A stretch of DNA of 63,764 nucleotides, filler included, from Hyphochytrium catenoides (taxonomy: Eukaryota; Protista; Hyphochytriomycota): NCBI GenBank assembly GCA_900088475.1. It is 6 parts of 6 records of this genome, joined end to end, with 100 filler letters (N's around TTAATTAATTAA, not from the genome) between each part and the next. Parts side by side here need not be neighbours in the genome. Positions count along the whole stretch, not along the records: positions 1 to 27,986 come from FLMG01004320.1; positions 28,087 to 38,519 come from FLMG01002358.1; 4 more parts are not named here. One strand, given 5' to 3'. Position 1 is the first letter of the stretch; the number at the start of each line of letters is the position of its first letter. Shown here in pieces: positions 24,401 through 38,061 of the stretch. The position numbers and the translations under genes are program-made. The notes under the pieces were generated by a model. The model ran no database searches, was not told the origin of the DNA, and saw nothing but the letters and a program-made list of their open reading frames with translations.

Positions 24401-27400
24401 TAGAACGGCCTAGATGACCTCTACGGCCTTCTGGTCTTTCTGAGAGTATCTCCGTTCAACGACAGGGGATGCTGGGAACATATTATGAAAAAGAATTACG
24501 AGAGGGATAGACCTGAGTATCTCCTCTCCCTCTTACGGGAGATAATGTGGAGGAACAATAAGAAGGACGTGATCGATCAGGTGAAAATCCCGCCCCAGAC
24601 TGAGAAGATTGTGAGGTTGAGATTTGCACCGGTGGAGGCTCATTTCTATAGGAAACAGGAGGAGGAATGTGCCAAGTAAGTCAGCACGCTCTGCAGTCAT
24701 CTTAACCTCCTGATTCTGCCTCTGCTTACTTGGAGGTTGCCCTCAAGGTTCTCTTATTTTTTTATTATCTGACTCTTCCCAGTTCACTAGTTTTCGCGCC
24801 ATATTATGCCTCCCTCCTTCCGGGTCGCGCTGCGCCATCTTTTCAATCTCCCTGGGTCCCTTTGCTCAGAATTTCACTCTATTAAGACTAATAGCTCGAC
24901 AGGGCTACCTCCGTGCTGCTAAGGAAGAGACAGAGCAAAGAGCCTGGAGTGAAAGAAGAGACTCATCTTCAGAGCTTTACACCTCTGCTTAGACTTCGGC
25001 AGGCCTGTTGCCACCCGCAGGTGGGCTCCTCTGGTCTACGATCCCTGCAGCACACACCGATGTCGATGGAGCAGATACTTGATCAGATGATAACCAGAGC
25101 CAAAACCGAGGTCAGTGTGACGAGTGTGAGGCAAGGGCAGAGAGGATTGTAACAGTGATATTGCAATAGGGCAGTCCGGAAGAAGAGATTTTGATGCCAT
25201 CGTTCCCTGTGTTTGCATTTTTATGGAGCTAGGGCTAAAGTCTGCTTTCCCTACCCCTTGTCGCTCTCGAACAGTGCGAAGAAGAACAGCGCCAGCTCGT
25301 TGGCGCTCTGAATGGTTTGGCTGCGCTTTGTACCCTTCGCTCTCTCCCCCTTCAAGCAGCATCTTGCTACCGAGAGGCTTTGACTGTGATAGAAAGCAAC
25401 GCTCCTCTATTTAGAGTGGACGATTTGCAGAAACTTCACATCTATCATAATCTTGGGAGGGTGTTGAAGGACCTGGAACGGAGGAAGGGAGCCTCCTTTT
25501 CAATTCTCAACGTTCCTTCCTTTCAGGCAGGAGAAGGATTAATGGAGGAGATAGGGGAAGAAACTGCAAAGGACCTAATCATTGACATGACTTTAGATGG
25601 GCGAGATGACGGTGAACAAGCAAAAGAGGGCGCTTCTTCCTCGTCTCTTTCTCTTGCAAAAATGACGACCCCTAGTGCAAACGCAATAGACTCCGCAAGC
25701 CTCGCTGTCTCGACAGCGGCAAAGGGGTCCGACGAGAGGGAGAAAAGTACACCAGCAGGGAAAAGGAACCAGGGCCCTCACTCTGTAGAGAACGGTAAAC
25801 AGCTACGGCACGACAATCAAACGGGAGTCGGCAGTGAGAGGACGGGAGTCCACCTAGAAATCTGTCGCCTTGAGACGCTGGAACGGAAGCTGAGAGATAA
25901 GTATGTCGGACAGGCACAATTGAAGCTGCAAATAGCCGCAGCAAAACATAGTCAAACCTCGGCGGACATCACAAGTAAGTTCAGCAAGAACCATTCTGAG
26001 CAATGGTGGGTTATGGCCTTGGATGCGCTACACGGAGGAGATGTTATGGAGCTGATGGAGAGAGTAAGACGAGAAATAGGTGGGAAGGAATATGCCTCAC
26101 TGTCGCTGTGCTTCTCGGAGGACTCTGGTTTTCGATTCGTACTCCATGGAGCTATGAAGAAGCTTGTTGATTCTAGAGAAAGAGCTCTGATAACTCTAAA
26201 TCAGCTCAATGGACAACCAACGGCAGAGCAGGTCAGAGAAAGCGGACAGTGTAGGAAATGCAGGGCAGGTAGAAGCGGCAGAGAATGCTTTCAGTGCAAG
26301 GCAAGAGCCGTTCTAGACGAATATGATGCTTGTCTTCACGCCTATAGACGACAGCAAAAGGACGGAGGCGGCGCACCGGCTGCTTCTTCTTTTGCGGTGG
26401 ACGACCACGATGGACGTGACCAAAGCTTAAGAGAAAGTGAAGAAGAGGAAGAGGAGGATGCTGTAGGAGAAGCTCTGGCAAAGAGAGGGAAGGCCTTTAG
26501 AGAGGATGCAGAGCTCATCCAAATCCTAAAGGTCTTGCACCGAAGTCTACGTGCTGCTGGAGGGAAGAGGAGCTTGCTAGAAGCAGGGACCAAGCAGCTA
26601 GAGCTCTTTCAAGAGATGCAGAAAGAGATCGGGTAAGCTCTCGGTTTGCCCTCATATCAATGCTGCTTTAACTCTAACTTGGGAGACCTTACTCTGTGCA
26701 AATGATAACAGCACCTGTGCCATCGTACTTCGCGTCCTTTGCTTCTGAACAATACTGGCTTTTGCCTCTGAACAATACTGGCGTCGGAATGTCTGGTCTG
26801 CCATCCGCTCACCCTCCCCGTCTGCCTCCTTTTTATGCCAAAGGTTGTGCACCCAATTGTGGATGGCTCAGCACGAGAGGCTGTCCGCCCTGGATGAGGT
26901 TGATATGGCAGTGATCACCATCAGGCTCGCCCAGGCAGGGGAGAAAGTGAATGAGGCCGACCGAGGCTTTATTATCCAAGAGCCAGAGGTAGAGTGATAG
27001 AAGGAGCTGATATGTGGAAAGGAGAGTTCGGACGAAGGGAAGACACAGCTTGCGGTCGGCAGGCAGTCTCTCTCTTCCGAGGACGATGTATAGCATCTAG
27101 TGGAAGAGAAGGAGGGATGAAAGTGAGTGGAAGCTCAGGAGCACAGGGTAATTCTTCAGGCCACATAGAGAAGAGCAGATTTATTATGTTCCAAGCATAC
27201 GGGCAGAAAAAAGCCTTATAGGGTCTAATGCGATCTGCTGTTTCCCTCCTACAGATCCCCGTGAAGACATCTGAGCTTAAGACGGATCGCATAGTGGCTG
27301 CCCACGCACTGGAAAAGGCGAGGAGACAGCTTTGCTATTTGCAGAATCTCTCACAGGCCAGGAAAGGAGGAAGAAGGGAAGACACTTGCGCTATCTGTCT

Positions 27401-27986
27401 TCATCCAGTTGACAAAGATAGCGTCTTGCTGCCATGCGTCCACTCCTTCTGCTTTCAGTGCTTTAGCTCTGTTCTCTCTCGCCATAGAAAGGAGAACAAA
27501 GGAGGTGTCTATACTTCTCCAAGAGCGGAGAGGAGGGAGGAGAAGGTCCGATGCCCCACTTGCCGGCAGGTATCTGTGGTGTCAGAGGTTCTGGCACTGC
27601 GGGAGGAGGAGAGCCAACGAACTGCGAGCGGTACGAAATTTTTTCTCCTTCCATTGGCTCCCTTGACTCCTCATTTTTTTCCCTCTCTCTCTCTGCATCG
27701 CTGGCGACAGTTCCTCAATTTCTTGTCCAGTGGTTTCCAGTTTAGGGCTTAAGGAGGGGCGGCACGGCGCTAAATATTTTGTTATCCTTTTCAGGTTCGG
27801 AGGGGGTTAAGGGCAGCTTTGGTACAAAGATCAACTCCGTCATCAGAACATTGTTCTCCATTCAGAAGGAAGAAGCGGAAGCCAAGTCCATCATATTTTC
27901 TCAATGGGACGACATGCTGAGGCTCTTGGCTGACGCACTGGCGGCTAACGATCTTCCACATGCTAGAATAGTCGGTAGCCGTTCCT
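21484..27986 (+). CDS. SHPRH: E3 ubiquitin ligase SHPRH (SNF2 ATPase + PHD + RING + helicase C); 3' end truncated by gap
   Basis: LRPYQQAAVKWM, GGILADEMGLGKT, PHD finger (YCICGQ..CCEGC..QHLQC..FTCLPC), WWRVCLDECQM, RWCISGTPI, LLRLRQACCHPQ, VDDLQKLHIYHNL, RING (CAIC..LPCVHSFCFQC..CPTCR) and GSFGTKI..KSIIFSQW. Confidence 0.93.
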
Positions 27987-28086
27987 NNNNNNNNNNNNNN
28001 NNNNNNNNNNNNNNNNNNNNNNNNNNNNNNTTAATTAATTAANNNNNNNNNNNNNNNNNNNNNNNNNNNNNNNNNNNNNNNNNNNN
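27987..28086. other. Assembly join: 44 N + TTAATTAATTAA + 44 N (same linker at 38520-38619, 43680-43779, 48012-48111, 59610-59709)
   Basis: An identical 100-nt spacer with a six-frame-stop linker occurs five times. Plain N gaps lie at 1335, 28560, 44773 and 49912. Confidence 0.95.
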
Positions 28087-28470
28087 AGATTTAGAAAAGA
28101 GAGGGATGGCAGGGAGGAAGGCTAATAAAAAGGAGAGGATCTCACGGTCAAGTGCAAAAGTGTGGCGGGCATAGACACAAGGAACAACTAGGAAGAGAGA
28201 GAGAGACCTGGTAAGCTGAAGATAGTGCACACAAAATCTATGAGAGAGAAAGAACGGAGCGGTGACGACACGAACAACCTAGGAAAGGATGAGAGATAGA
28301 GAGCCGAGCTAAAGGGAGAGCGGGAGAGGAGGAGAAGGTATCAATGAAGAGCCGTACAAGTACGAACAAGTAAGAGAAAAAGGGGAGCTGAACACCGAGC
28401 GGGAGCAAGAGATGGCCCAGAGTGAGAGAGAGTGTGAATGAGGGAGGGAGAGAGAGCGAGAGCGAGAAAG

Positions 28471-28504
<34 letters not shown>

Positions 28505-28514
28505 GGAGAGAGAG

Positions 28515-28559
<45 letters not shown>

Positions 28560-30534
28560 NNNNNNNNNNNNNNNNNNNNNNNNTGTGATGAGCAGTGATG
28601 TTGAACCTCGTTTTGCCATCATCGCTATTCTGAAAAGAGTGCCTTTACTGCCACCGTTGGGAGAATAGTGCTTATCCATGTCCTAAATACTTGCGACTAG
28701 GGCTAAATATAGCTGATGCGGATGTGGGGAAGAAGAGCCTATCCTAGGAAACATTTTTACGAGGCTTAGAGTGTAGCAGGAGGATGGCCGTCTGTACTCC
28801 ATCCTACTGGCGGAGGAAGGAGATAGAGTTGGAGGCACCTGAGCGAGGGAGACGCCAACACTGTGGGTGTGCAAGAGAGAGGCAGGATGTACAAGGGCAC
28901 TCACTGCTGAGCTTTTCTCAACTCCATAGTAGTCCCACCGCAGGAACACTTGCAATTTGAATCAGACAAGCTTTCCCGGCCATGAATTTGGATTAGCTCG
29001 GTCACCCCAAACAGGTAGATGCCTTCAACGGCCTCCTTTGTGCAGTTTCCACTTCTTCGGATGGGGTGAACTGGCTTGATTAATGGATCTGTTTAACTGA
29101 ACTAATCGAAGAGCCTTGTGAGCTCTCCAAACATTCCAGATCGCAATAATAAGGCTTTGGAGTCGGGGAGATCCAGATGAGTCCTCTGACCTAGGTTGCA
29201 TTCATACTGCTCAGTACCATTCTGCGAGCGACCCTCCTTAGTGATCTCTACCGGATGTATTACAGAGGCGAAACCAAATTCTGAGACTACTTGTATCGTT
29301 CTATCCTTATCAAGGTTCCTGTTTGTTCTAGGAAGGAGCACGAAGTGGAAGGTCCGCGAGCTCTGTAGGTGGCGCAAGAGCACAAAGAGAGTAGACATTC
29401 AATGGTTGATCGTGTTGCGGCATAGACATGGCCTTGGAGGGCTTGAGGCCTCGCGCCCGTCTTCTGCATTGCTCCCAAGTTCGACTCCTGATCCTAGTGG
29501 GATTATCTAGCGTTTGCGTCCGAGTTTGCTTGAACGGTGGACGACAGGAGCAGAGCTCAGTAGCTCCCCAACCTTGCCATGACATGAAGTAATCTTACTC
29601 ACTTTTAAACGGTACTATGCGACCCACAGTGAACAACACTGCTCAATATTGTACGATAGAGGAGCCTTGTTTGTTGTTACCACTTAAGAGCCCAACTAGG
29701 TAACTTGAGAGGAGACCGGACAAATCACGCTGAAGCTTTGCCAGGTAAAAGGAGGAAGGCTGAGGTTGCAGGAAGTCATTTGTCCCCGGCCATAAGATCA
29801 AGATCAGACGTGCAGCTTGTGTAAAATGAAATAAGGAACTATATGACCTTAGAAAGCGCCAGTATCCATTGAAAGATGGGCGGAGGGGTACAAAGATCCT
29901 TGAGTGCACACGCCGCTGGAATACTGCTGACAATGAAGAAGAAGTGGGAGAGAAGAGATAAATAAGTGATCGAGGTGGTAGGCAACCACTCCGAGCAGCC
30001 AGCTTGCACTTTTGAAGGCGCTGCCACAACCGACGACACAGAATCTTTCCGCGGATTTGATCATGATTCCTTGGGTAGATCGTAAATAGAGGCTTTTGAA
30101 TTCATGATCTAGGCTGATTTGGGTCTAATATTCAGAATAGAGTCGTATCTGCGGTGGTGGTGCACTTTTCATCATCAACAACTTTCTTCTTTGAACTGCC
30201 TTCACATGGTCAAGATCATCGCGGCCATCACTCTTCACCCAGTCACCCAGACATCATGACACCCAGATCAGTGCCTTTGTGAACTGCATGGAGGCTGCAG
30301 GTAAAAAGCTAGGAGGCTGCTAGGAAAGTACACTGGGAGATTCCAGGAAGGCTCAGTTAGGTCGTGCATGAGCATTGCTAGTCCCAAGGACCAGAAGATA
30401 GTGTCGCCAGTTCATCCCAACGCCGATAGGTGTGCCCTTTGGCAACCCTAATAGCCTATGCAAGTTACTGCGTCCTGTTAGGCAATTGAGCCTGAAGCTG
30501 CGACTCCTTGCGGAAAGGGAGAGCTACATTAATT

Positions 30535-33500
30535 ATGACCGAGGATGCCTTAGTCGCTGAAGTTATCCAGGAGGTCTGTGGCGCATCGTCAGTTTGCGTC
30601 ACTTGATCTTCAAGCTGACTCGTTGTGTCAACAATTGACAGGTCACCACGGAGTTCAAAGACGATGAAGCTCGATGGAAAGCACTCGCAGAGCTGTCAAA
30701 GTCCTACCTACAAAGAAGGTCTATGTAGAATGAGTTTGCTGATGCTGAGGAAATGCACTAACATGATCCTGCTGGGCTACGTAGTGTTTCTTCTCGAGAG
30801 CTCATTGCCAAGCTCACAGAGCTTTTTGAATCATCCCCTCTGCTGAGTTCCCTTATAAAAAAGAGGGCCTGGAAGAAGAAAGATGCTGCTGCACCCAAAT
30901 GTCAGAGAGTTCTTCTTCTTTGTCACTGTCTCTCATGCATCTTGTCTTGCCTCAATAGCCTTATAAGTCTTACTGTGCTTTGATCACTCTAAAGCACTAA
31001 CAACTGTCGTCTTCCTCACAGCCATCTTACCGCAGTGGGCCTTCTCCGACGCGGACTTCAAATTACGCCAGGAGTTCAATTCAACGAACTTCATTCCCTT
31101 CCATGCCTCTGGGATGAGGTTTAGGGTATGTTGTGGGCTGGGCGAGCTTTGCATCGCATCTTTCTTACCGGGGCAATCACTTCTAGGATCTGACACCAGT
31201 CGACCTCGGACAACCAGACGCTAGCCGAACTGTCCGGGATCTAAGAGAATGCGGAATCCCTTTCACTATAGTTGGGCAGTCAGACTACTGTCTCTTCGCG
31301 AAGGAGTGGCTAACCCCGGATGGCAAGCTGAACGCCTCAAACCTCAAGGAAAAGCTGGGTGACGAGCTCGTCCCAGTTTTGACTCGCGATTACGATCCTC
31401 ATGACCCGATTAAGGAATGCATGACACTGTCATCTTTTATTGAGAACCATTGGGAGATGGGAGACAGCGACGTCTACATGCATCAGGTATGGACATTACA
31501 GGAGGTGTGAGTGCCACGTGGCGCCAAAGCCAAACAAGGCAAAGTATATTCAGGATATTAGACAGCTAAGATCCTCACTTTCTTCTTGCAGTGGCAGTTC
31601 CCGCTTTCGAAGACTGCATCTCTTTTTATGTCCCAGAAGTCGAAACCTGTTCCCTGTCTTGGGGACAACATTCTCCGTTATTGGCTAGATATCTGCAGAG
31701 GTAGGTTGTTCTTAGACTATACTGGTCATTGATCTACTCCTCTATGCTACCACTACGTGCCTCTAACCATGATACTCTACTCAGCTGTCTCACCATTCTG
31801 CGCATATCCTGCTCCATTGCCGGTCTGACCTTTACTGAGCAGGTGACAACCCGCTTCAGTATCTCTTCATCGGCTGTGCTGGGACGAATACAAAGCTGCA
31901 TAATGACCCCGGAGGACTGGATATCATGATAACCTGCCTTTATGTACGAACCGATGTTGCGATGAAAGTCGTCCTTAACGCTCGATTGACAATTTCTGGC
32001 CTTTAGGGTGAGAAGGAGGTGCACTTAGTTCATCGAGAAGATGGCTGGAAGTTCAAGGATCTTGAGGTATTGTGACTGTAGAGAGGGTGTTGGTCCCAAT
32101 ACTTTGCAACCTTTCCCGCAGAGGTTTGCGTTCTGATCTACTCGTCCTCTATTCTGTTCAACATGACCCCTAGCTCATAAAGCCCCTCATTTGCTGGACG
32201 CTAGTCCTAGTGTGCCAAACGCTCGTCTCCTGAAGTTGCCCAATTAGGCTCTTCCCGTACTAGGGTCTCTTGACACCGCTCGGGCTGATTGTTCAATCCA
32301 CATCTAATCACATTTTTTGCATGCACAGAACTTTGACGCTCTAGACCTAGACCAGTATCCTCTTCTCGCCTCTACTCGGGTCTGGAAGCATATACTGAAG
32401 CCTGGAGAGATCCTCTACCTTCCGGAGGGAACCTTTCACACCGTGAAGAATCTTAGCGATTGTTTCTCGTACCACCAGCTGCAGCTTGACACCGTTAATC
32501 TCCCCAACTTCTTCCGTTCAATGATGGCTGACGATGCGCCTGAATTGCATCATGCAGAAATAATATGGAATGCAGCCCATGACATAATGAAGGTATCGTG
32601 ATGTTGCTTGGCCCAGCTGGTACTCTGCTGTCTTCTTTTTGCTCTCTCGACCTAAAAGCCATTGACATCTCCTCCGTCAAGCATAGATTTGTTCCCTGTT
32701 CGTGCCCTAAGGCCTTTTACCCATCCTCAACTTTTTGATTGTTCTAGGTTGTGGATTCAGTCAGAGATATGCCCGCGCCTAGTAGAGATCAACGACTTAC
32801 TGCTGAGAGCGGCATTCAGACCTTAAAGGCCCTGCGGCACGTGATAAGAGCCCAAACTCTGGACGAGGGCTATTCAGGCGTGGACTTCCTGGACTTTTTG
32901 AAGCTACTGGGGGACATTGATCAGTCCATTCTAAGGTGATGAAAATCTAAAGGCCAAGCAAAGTGGGGTTAGCGGCCAACATATTTGCCAAATATGCTAC
33001 AAAGAACGATTTGTCCTAAGCAATATGTGATAGTGAGCAATGCAGGACAAAGATATTAGCAAGGCCATGGCTAACATGCGCTCTGCAGCTTCGAAGGAGG
33101 TGGAACAGATGGGGCGCCGCAGTCTTCAAGAGAAGATTATAGCTACACACTCACGCTTAAAAGCAAGGAACGACACGTCAAAGCTCAGCAACTGGCAGCC
33201 CGGAAGGCCTGGGATCGCCTAAACCTCTCCGTACGAGATATCGTCTCGGTACGGACTGCAGATGGAAGGCACCTCAGGGCGGAAGTGGTAGAGCTGCTGG
33301 AAGAGGTGAGGTACCTTTCTCCATAACATGTCGACACTCTACCTATGGCACGACCCAACCTATCTATCCGATCTTTGAATCTTATGTCACTTGTTCATCC
33401 TTGGTCGCCTTCTCGGTGTCCTCTTTATGGATCTCGAAGTGAAACACCTTTCGGCTAGACCTAATAGATCTATTCCAGGCGGAGGTAGCGAAGGTCCACT

Positions 33501-33778
33501 ATACGGGATGGCCCCGCTACTATGATGAGCTCCATCTCATCTCTAGTCTCTCCCGAGGGGAAAGCAAACCTGACGGGAAGAAGAAAAGGAAGAGGACAGA
33601 GGCCAGCGACATCTCCCCACTTGAGATTGTGCGCGTCGTATGGACAGATAAACAGGAATACGATGCAGTTGTCCTCTGGGTTTGCAAGCAACCTGTAGTT
33701 CGAGTACGCTATCTACAGTTTGGAGGAGATAGTTGGCTGCAACTGGTCAGTCCTGTACAGGTTGCTCGAGTGCAGTGA
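30535..33778 (+). CDS. JmjC-domain 2-oxoglutarate oxygenase with PAH-like N-terminus and C-terminal Tudor/chromo-barrel modules, ~12 exons
   Basis: In-phase GT-AG splicing gives ...GIPFTIVG...YMHQWQFP...QYLFIGCAGTNTKLHNDPGG (HxD)...GEKEVHL...LKPGEILYLPEGTFHTVKNL (distal His)...DIVSVRTADGRHLRAEVVELLEEAEVAKVHYTGWPRYYDE...IVRVVWTDKQEYDAVVLWV..VRVRYLQFG. TGA at 33776-33778. Confidence 0.8.
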
Positions 33779-34780
33779 CCTCAAATAAGCTTGCAAGGGC
33801 AAGCTGTCGTATCAGGATAGCTCTCTGCTGTGTCCTCCCTCCTCATACCCTCCATCGGTCTTTCCATGGAGCTAGGTCTATGTTCTTACTCTGTCCGGCT
33901 TCGTCGTTCCTCATTTATTTTGAAAAGTTCTTACTGCCGAGGTCTGCTGCTAAGTGCTATCGAGTGGGCGGTACTGGCAGTCTATAAAAAACAATAAATT
34001 GCCTCTTGAGCTATTGACGCCTTTGTATTATCTCTGTCGGTCCGGCTGTTCTCTGCGAGTGCCCTGACCAAGGCCACTAGGAGCAAATGTCAAGGGAAGA
34101 AACCCGCATGACATCGCGGAAAGAGTCTCTCAAGGCAGCTATGGCTCCGTCAGGTCCTCCATCGGGCAATGCAATGGGTTATTAAGAGGTACAGATGCGA
34201 CAGAGATGTTGGTCCGTCCATTTCAAGCTAAGCTTGGACTTCTAGACGCCCAGCCAGTCTCCTGTCCCTGCAAGTGGCAAGGCTATTTGCAGAGTCCTAC
34301 GCCCAGCCAGGACTACTGACCGATTAGCGCCGTGCGGAACTCCTAGTGAAAGGAGAAGGGGCGACATTGCAGACCGTCATCTCTCACTCTGAAGGTTCAC
34401 GTTCTGTGGATCTCACACACTATCGAGTCTTCACCAGTCAGATAAGGCCGTTGGCGGCTAACAATAAATCTTTCAGATCTTTCATGAACTCCGAAAGCCT
34501 GAAAGACTCATTTCCCTCACGCTGTGGTACATTAGCGGCCACCTCTATGGTCTCCTCGAAGCTTAAAACCGGAGTTTCACCCTGTGATGGAAGATTGTTT
34601 TTTGTCTGCACTTTTGACGCTGGGAAAGACTCAGATCGGCAGCTTTTGAAGCTTGAAGCTTTGGCGGGCATTGAGGTCCTGCCGGTCAGGTTGCTAGAAC
34701 CAGGGGCAGCTAGAGCTTAAAAGTTTAAGAAGGCTGTTGTTCGTCAACCTAGAGCTCTAACTTGGGAGCCTATCGGCACC

Positions 34781-37700
34781 ATGTCGAGCCAAAGTACAAG
34801 GCGTAAGTCTTCCAAGAGCAAGAAGGACTTTGCTGGGGCTTCAAGTGCAGCAAGTTCGGTTTTTGCTGAGGTGAGTCCTGGCCCCATCATCATGTCCAAT
34901 GGAGTCCACTTCTTATAACGCCCTATCATTACCAGCCAAAGAGAGATCCACTCGCAGAGATTGTTGAGGAGCCTACGATTTTCGGGGTGGACCCTAACTC
35001 CGGCGATGTCGAAGACGAGTCTCATGTCCTTGCACCGATCGCCAAGTACGCCATACTAGGCATGATCTGCTTGATGTCGTTTGCGATTCGGCTCTTTGCC
35101 GTGGTCCGCTATGAGAGTGTGAGTAGAGTCACTCCGCAGGCTTCCCACCAGCGACCGTCGACCTCATCACCCATCTCTTTCCACAGGTCATACACGAGTT
35201 TGATCCTTACTTTAACTTCAGAACAACCAAGTATCTTGCTCAGGAAGGCTTTCTAGAGTTTTTGGACTGGTTTGATGATCGAGCTTGGTATCCACTTGGC
35301 CGTATCATTGGTGGCACTATCTACCCTGGGCTGATGTATACAGCTGCGCTCATCTACTGGGCGGCCAATAAGTTGGCCATCACCATTAACATAAGGAATA
35401 TGTGCGTGTTCCTGGCGCCAATCTTCGCAGCAAACACAGCCATTGCCGCGTACCTTTTGACAAAGGAGGTTGGTCATAACTTCCTTTGCCTTTCTATATT
35501 GCTCGCATCAGCGCTTTTCTGGGACTGGGCGCCACTTTCTACCTGTGTCTGCGTTGATGTAGAAAATTATCTTGATCTAACGTGAGACAACTCTCTTGAT
35601 AGGTCACAAAAAGGACGAGTGCTGGGCTCTTAGCTGCTGCATTTGCCGGTACAGTTCCATCGTATATCTCTAGGTCTGTTGGCGGCTCCTACGATAATGA
35701 AGGTGTAGCCATCTTCGCGCTCATCTTTACCTTCTACCTTTGGATCAAGGCAGTGCACACTGGTTCCATGTTCTGGGCTGGTTGCTGTGCGCTGGCCTAC
35801 TTCTACATGGTGGCAGCCTGGGGTGGTTACGTGTTCATTATCAATATGATCCCAATCCACGTCTTGGTTCTGCTCTTCGGAGGGCGCTATTCTCCCCGCC
35901 TATACGTAGCATACTCGACCTTCTACGCTCTGGGTAGTCTTCTGGCGATGCAAGTACCGTTTGTAGGCTTCAATGTCGTCAAGCAAGCAGAATGTGCAGG
36001 GTCCCATGGAGTCTTCGTCGTTCTGCAAGGTAAGATGGAAGCGCTGTTCACGACGCTATAACGCTTTGATGTCATACGTTCTCTATCGTTAGCCGTTCTG
36101 TGTCTGCCATAGCTACATCTGTCCACAAAGACTAAGTTACTGACCTTCCCGCTCTGTTCCTGAAACCTTGCTCACGGTGCAGTTTACGTCTTCGTGAACT
36201 GGATCCGAACATTTTTCACCGCGAAGGCATTCACTCGGCTTATCACGTTGGCGGCGGTCGCTTTGACGGCGCTAGTTACTGCTTTCCTAGTGGCGCTGCA
36301 GTTGATGGGCAAGGTCCAATGGACGGGTCGAAGCTTGACTTTGCTGGATCCAACCTACGCGTCGAAGTACATCCCTATCATTGCTTCCGTCAGTGAGCAC
36401 CAACCCACCACATGGACTTCCTTCTTCTTTGACTTGCACATTCTTGTGCCATTCTCCCCAGTTGGATTGTACTTCCTATTCCAGAACATCACAGATGGCG
36501 GCATCTTCGTCATACTCTACGGAACTCTTTCTTGGTACTTTGCAGGGGTCATGGTGAGGCTAATGCTGACGCTCGCCCCGGCTGCGTGCATTCTGGCTGC
36601 CATCGGTATGTCCTCGGTCATTAGACGGTTCTGCGGCTTCCTCAAGATCATTGACGGCCCAGAGCCTGCCTCTGAAGCTACAGAGGCTGACAAGAAGAGG
36701 AGAGCTGCTTCCATTAAGCCTTCAAAAGTTGCAACGCCATTACCTAAGGGTCTTGCCTTGGTCGTCCTTGGAGGTGCTACTTTGTTGCTTGTCAAGTACG
36801 CTTTTCATACCACCTTCGTCTCTTCTATGGCCTACTCCCATCCTTCGATTGTGATCGAGGCTGGCAGGCAGCGTGATGGAACCAGAGTCATGTTTGACGA
36901 CTATCGTGAGGCGGTAAGTACTTGCCCTCTAGGGACAAGCCTTACTTCTATCAACTAACATTCTTCTCTTTCACTCCCTTTCCCATCATAGTACTACTGG
37001 CTTAGACAGAACACTGATCCAAATGCAAAGATTCTTTCTTGGTGGGACTACGGCTATCAGATGTCAGCGATGGCCAACCGCACGGTCATCGTAGACAATA
37101 ACACCTGGAACAACACGCACATCGCAACGGTGGGTCGTGCTCTGGCATCTACTGAGGAGAATGCCTATCCAATCTTGGAGAGCTTGGACGTAGACTATGT
37201 ACTAGTCATCTTCGGAGGAGTGACGGGCTACTCGTCAGACGATATCAACAAGTTCCTATGGCCAGTCAGGATTGGTTCCGGCGTCTTCCCTAACGACATG
37301 CCCAAAGAGCACGATTTCTACTCAGCTTCAGGAAACTTTGACGTCGGGCCCGGCGGCTCTAAGCATCTACTCAACTGCGTAGCTTACAAGCTCTGCTACT
37401 ACCGCTTTGGAGAGCTAATGACAGACTATGGCAAGCCTACAGGCTATGATCGTGTCCGTAATGCTGAAGTGGGCGTGAAGAACGTAAAGCTGACGACTAT
37501 GGAGGAGGCTTTTACCTCGGAGCACTGGATTGTTAGGATTTTTAAGGTGAAGAAGAGGCCCAACTTTATTCTCAGCCGCTCGGCAGCTGTTCGCCAAGCG
37601 AAAAGCGATGACGGTCCAGACCTCGCAAGTAAGTTCATCTCCCTTATCGTGCTCATTATAGTTAGTTCCTTAATGACTGATATGCATCTGCTTATGCAGA

Positions 37701-38061
37701 GGAGAAAACCAAGTTCTTAGGATGCTTCGTCTCGGAGGCAGCTTTGGGCGACGATAAGGTTTACAACGGCGGCTCCACTGGTTCTAACTATCAAATGGCC
37801 CTTGCGCACGCCGTAGCAAAGGAGAAGAAATACTTTGCAATCTCTCGCGTTGGGGGCGAAGGCCATGTCTTTGCCTTCAACCGATTGAAAAAATCCAAGT
37901 TCGATGGCAATGATGGCGGTGGCTGTCAGAGACCGTGCTTGGACCTCAATGACAAGTTCTGCGGCTGTGCTGATGCTGCATGTGACGAAAGTGGCTCTCG
38001 AAGGCCTGCCACTGAAGAGCATAACCGGCGATGGGCTGTCTATGAGCGACTGTCTGCCTAA
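34781..38061 (+). CDS. STT3: Oligosaccharyltransferase catalytic subunit STT3 with C-terminal Cys-rich extension
   Basis: [80 protein letters not shown] and [13 protein letters not shown]. The last exon (37700-38061) splices in frame. Confidence 0.96.

Noticed and set aside
28031-28042. Palindromic TTAATTAATTAA repeated five times inside N runs
   Set aside because: Scaffolding linker, not biological sequence.
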